Origin: Octopus sinensis | Taxonomy: Eukaryota | Assembly (NCBI RefSeq): GCF_006345805.1 | Contig: NC_043004.1 | Coordinates: forward strand, 62,124,001-62,188,000 | Reading direction: 5' to 3' | DNA: 64,000 nt | Position numbers and translations under genes: made by a program | In this document: positions 54,090 through 64,000 of the stretch, in pieces | Layout: each line of letters begins with the position of its first letter | Numbering within the stretch: the first letter of the stretch is position 1 | The notes under the pieces: model-generated | The model's input: only the letters and a program-made list of their open reading frames with translations | Database searches by the model: none | Told to the model about the DNA's origin: nothing

Positions 54090-55469
54090 CCACACGTGAC
54101 AACATCTGTGGGCTTATGTCGAACAACTGCTGTCACGTGTGGGGCAAGTCGGTTTATCAACCGAGTCTATCGTCAATATTGTCACGCCTCCTTCCTTCAA
54201 ACGGGAAGGAAGAGCTACTTTCATCATCCTTGTGGCTATGGCGAAAGAATGTATCTGATGGACGCGTCTGAAAGGATTGGAGACAAACACTTTCCTCTCT
54301 GGTCAATCTCTCCTCAACTTCTTCAAGTATCACTTGAAAAGGAAAGTGAGAGTAGAGAGGCAAGTTTTGTCTTGCGAATATTTTAAAAAAGATGGGTGAA
54401 TGTAGCAAGGATGGCACGTATGAATGACGAAGCCACCTTGAGCATAATCCTATGAACCCGGAAATTTAAAACAGAGGGTTACTTACTTGCAAACAAATGT
54501 GGTAACATGTAACAATATTGACCGAGGTTGCCGTGGTCTTTTCAGTAGGCTTTTCTTCCCACAGATAAACCTTATCTGCTTCTCCCTTTACACCGTATAT
54601 CATGACACTGTAATACACGATCCCTATTGATCGAAAACCTACCCAAACTTTTTTTCCCCATAAAAATGAAAAGCTCTACTTTGTAATCTGTCTGTCTGTG
54701 TGCAGCCCTGTTTGGCTAATAAAGAAACATATATATATAATAATATATTATATATTATATATATATATGGGGGGTACAAAAACACACACACGAACATGTA
54801 TACATATATACCACACATATATACATATCTTAATATGCAAAGATGTCCTAAAGTCCTAAACTTGGTTTTTTCAGAAAACGAAAAAATCGTTTCACCACTC
54901 CATTTCGTCTTACATTAGCAAAAGTTCCGGCTTGATAATAATAATTCTTTGTTGGTGCATAAAATCGTATGATAATTGCAGTCAGAAATATTTTTTCAAA
55001 ACTGCCGTATGTGGGACTAATTATGCTTTTACAAATTGCTAAACCGCTGTAATAAACTTCAAGAAGTTTCATAGTTTGAACAAAAGAACCGGTTATTGCA
55101 AGTAAAATTAAATGTTGCATGAAATGCTTGGACATGCGAAAATTTCACATCATAGCAACGTTATACGTAAACATGTATACGGATACACTCACACGTATCT
55201 ATATATATATACATATACATGCATCAACATATATACACACATGCACATGTATATATGTTTGTGTATATATGTATGTATACATACATACAAGTGGACGCTG
55301 ATAAACTTCTGGCATCAGGTAACAAAAATACCTGATGAACGCCTAATTATGATTTTAATCAACGTATTACCCTCTCAGATACCCACACTTAATGCAGCGG
55401 GCCTTCATTTTTTCAGTTTAAAAGAATATATATATATATTTATTATATACTTATATATATATATATATA

Positions 55470-55540
<71 letters not shown>

Positions 55541-55551
55541 TTATATTAATA

Positions 55552-59090
<3,539 letters not shown>

Positions 59091-59599
59091 AATGCAATTG
59101 CATGACTGGAACAACTGAACGTCCACTACAAATACTTTATTTCATATCGTTTATATATTTTCTAAAATTCAAATGTTGTTTAACCAGATTATCTCCTCGT
59201 GCAAATGTATAGATTTATGTCTCGGATAGCTTTATTTCTTTGAAAAATGACATGATCGGAGAGGAATTTTTGAATTTTGTATCAGTAAATTGCAAAATCG
59301 TTTCCATGTTGAAAAGATTGCTTAGTACATATTTCTACCGATGCTATCTCTTTTTGATTTAAAATCCCACTCGTTTATAAATACCTCATCTCCGATTAGG
59401 TTTAACAATAATATATACCAATCAATGTCACACTGTTGTTGGAACTCGTACAGTGCATAAGTGTTGTATTGCAGTAATTGTTCACTCAATATACATGCTG
59501 ACAAAAATGCCTACGGTGACACAATGTATCAGCCTAAATCTGTGCCCTTTCCCCCGTGGATACGTACCAATAGTATGCAAAAGGGCAGGTGTTTCCTAC

Positions 59600-60450
59600 G
59601 AAACAAAGCAAAAATAATTCTTAGCCAGACATGTGAATACACATGCAGAGGCAGATGACCGATGGAGACCCTGTGTATATGCATACTGAAATTTCTGACC
59701 CGTCAAGGAATGTCATTCTTTATCTTAGCGTCGAATCATTGAAAATATTCACTGTACAGGCTGCAGGGAATATATGACAATATGATTCTGCGAATAATCT
59801 AATTAGTTATCTTACACTTCTGATTACATATCTGCGATTTCTAGGATAGAATCGGTTATGATTTATTAGCTACAATCTATAGCTGCCTCACTACTTAAAT
59901 AGAACGAATTAGGCAACAAGATATAAGTTGAAGATAAATTATTTAATAAAGAAATTGATATTATGCTGAATAAATTATATGATGTAAAACTGATTAATAG
60001 AAAACTTCCATCGTTGGTATAGATTCTGAAAACATTTTTGTTTCTAATTGAAGCGACATCCGAAATCTTGAAATTATTAATTTCATAAAACAAATTGATA
60101 TTGGCATTCTACTTGGACACATCCAATTACAGGCTCCACTGACATATCCGAAATTTATGTTATAATAGTCGAGTAGATATGGAAAGGGATCTGAAGAGTC
60201 ACTATGTTGGATATTGAGTAAACAATGTTTGTTTTATATGTAAGGTATGGAGTTAATTGCATGTTCCATTGATTTTAATATGTGCAGACACATGGGGTCC
60301 TCTTAATTGTGTTAGTTTTAGAGTCTGTATTCATGTCACATGGAAGCTACGGTTACATGAATATTTATAAACTGCTGTGTTAAAAATTAACCTGGTTCTA
60401 TTGCACATGAAAGAGGTACAGAAGAGAAAATGAGCAGAAACTGACGCATT
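59600..60450 (-). pseudogene. Possible very old non-LTR RT relic (RTE-like)
   Basis: Only weak similarity (VIGCVQVECQYQFV versus GVRQGCxLSP) amid many stops. Confidence 0.25.
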
Positions 60451-61199
60451 TTCAAAATAAAACATCTCTGATAGATCTGTTGAATACGAGATGAATACAT
60501 TTAGATAGACTGGAAAGTAAAGATAGCAAGAGAAAACAATACCGCCAAGGAAAGCAGTTGGCCATAATTTATAGAGAGAAATATCAAATTATCGAGAGAT
60601 CATTGGAAGGCTGTATATGGTTTAGTTCAGCGTTAATCAAATTTCCACTTGCATTCTTGATGGATCAATATTAATGAGTTAGATAATTACTCCATTGAAA
60701 ACTTAATGGCCAAATTAAGTTAAACACGCCCAGAAAATTATAACATTACGCATGTATATGTGCATACGTGTGTATGTATTAACGATCAAGTAAGCATGTA
60801 ATAACAGATATATATATAATTCGTGATGTATAACATGGAAATCATTCTTCTATATGATCTTCCTAATTTCTCTATCTGTTACATCAATACTGTTCAGGAA
60901 TTAGATCAGAGGCTGAAGAAAAAAAAAAACAAAACAATATATATGTGTCTTTCTGAAACAGTATGTGCATGTGCAAGAATGTGTTTCGATGCGTGTATTT
61001 GTTTCTGTATGTGTGTTTGTAAAGATGCGTATCTATACGAATATTTGAAAAGCTTATCTTTGTACATTGACAGTATATTACGGAGATGATATTCCGTAAC
61101 GGACCGTATGCAATTCTATATTTCTCGAGATTCAAGATATTGTATGATTGTCTAGAAATTTATTGCGGGTAAAAATGTAGCATACATGTATAAATACAC

Positions 61200-61718
61200 G
61201 CTCATATATATTGTATATATATATATATATATAATATATATATATATATAGATATATATATAATATATATATATATTATATACATATATATATATATACT
61301 ATATATATATACATATATATATATATACATAATATATATATACATATATATATCCATATATATATTACATATATATATACATACATATATACATATATAT
61401 ATATATACATATATATATATACAATAATATATATACATATATATATATTACATAATATATATACATATATACATATATATAGATACATATATATATACAT
61501 ATATATATATATATTATATATATATATATAATTATATATGTATATATACATATATATATATAATACATATATATATACATATATATCTATATATATACAT
61601 ATATATATATATACATATATAATATACATATATATATATATAGTATATATATATATATATACATATATATAATATATATATACATATATATATATATACA
61701 TATAATATATATATATTA

Positions 61719-61759
<41 letters not shown>

Positions 61760-61835
61760 TATACTATATATATATACATATAATATATATATATATATAT
61801 ACATATATATTATATATATATACCATATATATACA

Positions 61836-61882
<47 letters not shown>

Positions 61883-61917
61883 CATATATATATATATTAC
61901 ATATATATATAATATAC

Positions 61918-61948
<31 letters not shown>

Positions 61949-62024
61949 ACATATATATATATACATAATATATATACATATATATATATATACATTATAT
62001 ATATATACATATATAATATATATA

Positions 62025-62066
<42 letters not shown>

Positions 62067-62136
62067 ACATATATATATATCATATATATATATACATACA
62101 TATACATACATATATACATTATATATATATATATAC

Positions 62137-62185
<49 letters not shown>

Positions 62186-62247
62186 TATATACATATATAT
62201 ATATATACATATATATATACATATATTATATATACATATATATATAC

Positions 62248-62282
<35 letters not shown>
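61200..62282. repeat. ~1.1 kb (TA)n/(TACA)n tract
   Basis: Direct reading. Confidence 0.95.
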
Positions 62283-62284
<2 letters not shown>

Positions 62285-62522
62285 AATAATAAATATTAGG
62301 GAATATATCCAAATTTACAGGGAAAAAAAATCAGATTTAGGATTAAATCCAATTTTATAGTAAAATATTATAAAATATTATTTGAGACAAAACCACTATT
62401 TTGCAAAACAAACAAGGAAAGACTTAATCAATACATAAAATTTAATAAATAGTCATTAAATTTTATGTATTGATTAAGTCTTTCCTTGTTTGTTTTGCAA
62501 AATAGTGGTTTTGTCTCAAATA

Positions 62523-62530
<8 letters not shown>
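62283..62530. repeat. TA-embedded element ending in a perfect hairpin (76-bp arms 62371-62446 / 62455-62530, 8-nt loop)
   Basis: taaaatattatttgagacaaaacc...cataaaatttaat [aaatagtc] attaaattttatg...ggttttgtctcaaataatatttta. Confidence 0.88.
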
Positions 62531-62577
<47 letters not shown>

Positions 62578-62647
62578 TACATAATCGGGCTGTTGTTGTC
62601 TTTCGAACACAAATATTGATATATATATATAAAACGTGAAAATTACA

Positions 62648-62800
62648 AGGCGGCATGGTGGGGGAATCGGTAGCACCACGTGGAAAGCACTTAGCGCCAT
62701 TTTGTCAATTTCCTCGTTCTGAGTTCATTTCCCACCGAGGTTGACTTTCCCTTTATCTTATCGTAGTCGATAAAATAACCATTCGTTGTGCACCGGGTTC
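62648..62800 (+). mobile_element. Decayed SINE 5' part (second Octopus-type family)
   Basis: ggcggcatggtgggggaatcggtagcac...gttctgagttcatttcccaccgaggttgactttccc: A/B-box-like head. Confidence 0.5.
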
Positions 62801-63248
62801 AATAAAGTTTAATTTTTCCCTCCCACCGAGATTGTATTCGCTCGAAATTAAATGTTATCGATCAGGCTATTAGATGTATTATAATAATGAACTTATTTAT
62901 CCTTTATTTCAACCAGTGTGCGTCTCCGTTTCAATTACATGAGTCCGTAATCCACTATCATTAATGTGGCAGCATTCCAAGTCTTATGATAAATATTATT
63001 TTCTAGGAGGAGAAAACATACTGAGGTAGCAATCCTGGATATTCAGACGCATTTCAAAATTTCATTGTGTAAACATTTATCTTTATTGAAAATTGTATAA
63101 ATCGTGTGGAGTGTATTTGCTTAACAATAAAACACAATACTCCATGTTATACATATGTATATAAACTGAGGATTTACAAAACAAAGGCGAAGACGGGTGT
63201 GTAAACAACAAGCAGATGTATAAGTTTAACGTTTGGGAAGTGAGAATG

Positions 63249-63286
63249 TATTTTACTTTTCGAACCTACGCTCTTCGACAGAAACA
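63249..63286 (-). ncRNA. Degenerate minimal hammerhead-like motif
   Basis: tgttt CTGTCGA a gagc-gtag-gttc GAAA ag TA aaata. Confidence 0.4.
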
Positions 63287-64000
63287 GGGAGAGAAACAGA
63301 GAGACAAACAGAGAGAGAAAATAAAAATTAAATGTTTATTGGCTAGCGATCTATCATGGCGAATGCCGGAGGTGTCACATAGGAGAACTAGGAGGAGATA
63401 AGAAAGCAGTGGTGATCCCTAAATGAAGATGTCCGTGCATGTGTATGTGAGAGCGTTGCACCCATATGAGTGTACTTATATTTTTTCGTACGGTGTTCTT
63501 TCTTTCATGTACACCCACAAATAAAACAAACTTGAAAACAGATAGACTATCTACATCCATATATACTCTTCCGCAGATATGTTCTTTACTAACCTATTAA
63601 TAAACACTAAAAAATTCTTTTGTCTTATAAGATTTTTTATATTACATTATATATGAATTATTTTGTATACTCAGTATACTTATGTGCATCCACTACTCCA
63701 TAAACAATTTTTTCTAATATTGGCAATGCACAATAACCTTCTATTACTTAAACACTTATTGGTTACATAACGTTACTATATTCTTCCTTCTCACTTTATG
63801 CCAAGCTAGATTCTTAACTCACGTTTTTATTTATACATAACCATATTCAGTCCACTAAATATCGATAATTATTATTTAAAATTTTACTATCGTTTTCCTG
63901 GCTATATTAACTCCCTATATTGTAAATTTAAGTTTTATTACAGCTGTTAATCCTCTGAACGTTCTTTCAATATCTATAAACGCGGGAAGTATTTACTATC

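Overview
AT-rich, microsatellite-saturated eukaryotic DNA. I can support no host protein-coding exon. The SINE families match my recollection of Octopus (coleoid cephalopod) repeats, so that assignment is inference, not a database result. Nearly all Y/I/H/T/V/C-rich ORFs in the track are translations of (TA)n/(CA)n tracts. The real content is transposon-derived: (i) several Penelope-like elements (PLEs; RT + GIY-YIG), mostly arranged as a 5'-truncated copy fused head-to-head to an inverted copy of its own 3' terminal repeat; (ii) a ~474-bp tandem array (about 7 units, 25994-29302), each unit carrying a type I hammerhead ribozyme (HHR), with an internal fold-back inversion, resembling a non-LTR retrozyme; (iii) further HHR families in PLE terminal repeats, including a U3-A8 core variant; (iv) an internally deleted Tx1/L1-like element with a 16-bp TSD inside a SINE head; (v) a decayed Tc1 transposon, an R4/Dong-like RT relic, two non-autonomous Helitrons, tRNA-derived SINEs and several fold-back/MITE-like palindromes. 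All coordinates and base pairings were read by eye. Boundaries inside microsatellites are approximate.
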